From an uncultured bacterium (GTDB lineage Bacteria; Eisenbacteria; RBG-16-71-46; CAIMUX01), in NCBI GenBank assembly GCA_964636385.1, contig CAZWSC010000047.1, positions 33,576-97,575 on the forward strand: a DNA stretch of 64,000 nt, in the 5' to 3' direction. This document shows positions 63,504 through 64,000 of the stretch, one piece after another. Position numbers and translations under genes: made by a program. The notes below the pieces were generated by a model. It was not told the origin of the DNA. It saw only the letters and a program-made list of their open reading frames with translations, and did not search any database. How positions within the stretch are numbered: the stretch's first letter is position 1; each line of letters begins with the position of its first letter.

Positions 63504-64000
63504 GGCCTCCTTTCGAACGGGCTTTCGGCTGGTATCACCTGTTGTCCGAAGCATCTGCCTGCAGGTCACCGCCACAGGCTGCAATCTTACGCCCGCCATG
63601 GGATCGTCTCAAGACAGGGAAGCAACGATATTCGGGCCTGTGTTACATTCAGGGCATCACGCATGCCGGGCGTCAAGGTCGGCAATCGGCAGCAGGGATC
63701 AACCCACATCCAAACGTATGGAGTCGGAGTATCGATGTCCATCTCCAGCAGACCTGGCGACAGGGCGCAGAAGGGGTGGAGCCGCGGCCGGTCCGGAAGC
63801 CTGGTCAGAACCGCAGGATTCCGCTGTGGGCGGTTCCCGGGAGGCGGCTCAAACCGGAGGCGGTTCACCGCGGTTGCTGGCTTTGCCGCAATAATCTGGC
63901 ACACACCTGCACTGGCGTTTGCGCCTGATCCCCTCGACAGCCCTGGATCCGGCACCATCAACCCGGCCGGGACACCGCTGCTGATGGGGAACGGCGGCGG

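Noticed and set aside
63700-63900. Possible cobalamin riboswitch (AGACCTGGC resembles a B12 box) or SRP RNA (GGTCCGGAAGCC resembles the domain IV GGAA loop).
   Set aside because: Only short fragments match. The other conserved blocks (GCCACTG and GGGAAG for cobalamin; the symmetric-loop partner for SRP RNA) are absent on either strand.
1-64000. CRISPR arrays, IS elements/transposases, integrases, prophage genes and rRNA operons.
   Set aside because: I saw no regularly spaced direct repeats, no transposase or integrase-like translations in any track ORF, and no rRNA-like sequence. Absence is judged by eye only.

Overview
High-GC (roughly two-thirds G+C by eye) bacterial chromosome segment, densely coding. 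I support 58 protein genes; I found no rRNA, tRNA, CRISPR array, IS element or prophage signature. All product names come from reading motifs in the supplied translations, with no database search, and several start codons were re-derived by hand. The ORF track shows GTG and TTG starts as M, and many long ORFs in it are off-frame shadows of real genes, as expected at this GC content.

Content from left to right:
- 1-5683: a Bat/MoxR aerotolerance-type operon (MoxR, DUF58, DUF4381-like, two VWA proteins).
- 5906-7677: an operon of LMW phosphatase, orphan beta-class DNA methyltransferase and HIT protein.
- 7869-11755: a GT-C membrane protein, TsaC, and a deoxyhypusine-synthase-like gene.
- 11903-14270: a two-cysteine DsrC with a NarI-like membrane protein and a CCG-domain Fe-S protein, with no dsrAB in view.
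- 14312-22794: a DUF4236-TPR protein, a class V aminotransferase, a beta-helix lipoprotein and a split MacAB-like exporter.
- 22886-25825: an anaerobe-type O2/ROS detox block (flavodiiron protein, rubrerythrin, desulfoferrodoxin, ferritin).
- 26451-28969: a SAM methyltransferase and purE-purD.
- 29219-32646: a cluster of uncharacterised membrane proteins, an ankyrin-repeat protein and a receiver domain.
- 32643-34028: a LarA-like gene.
- 34080-56974: a ~23 kb co-directional minus-strand housekeeping array. It runs PPIase, recJ, rel, OMP, dtd, maf, mtnA, rplM, rpsI, rpsB, tsf, pyrH, frr, uppS, cdsA, dxr, Omp85, tamB, pcrA.
- 57097-63503: rlmD, a TPR protein, a conserved hypothetical, a secreted protein with an internal duplication, and a stomatin/NfeD pair.

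The gene set suggests an uncultivated anaerobe, possibly FCB-superphylum-like; this is inference only.

Most noteworthy:
- An identical 10-nt element sits exactly 46 nt upstream of both the flavodiiron and rubrerythrin start codons, with related copies near ferritin and possibly moxR.
- The DsrC/DsrMK-like module.
- The cluster of ankyrin-repeat protein, membrane protein and receiver.
- An Omp85-TamB pair occupies the canonical bamA slot with no rseP.
- GATC appears enriched next to an orphan methyltransferase.
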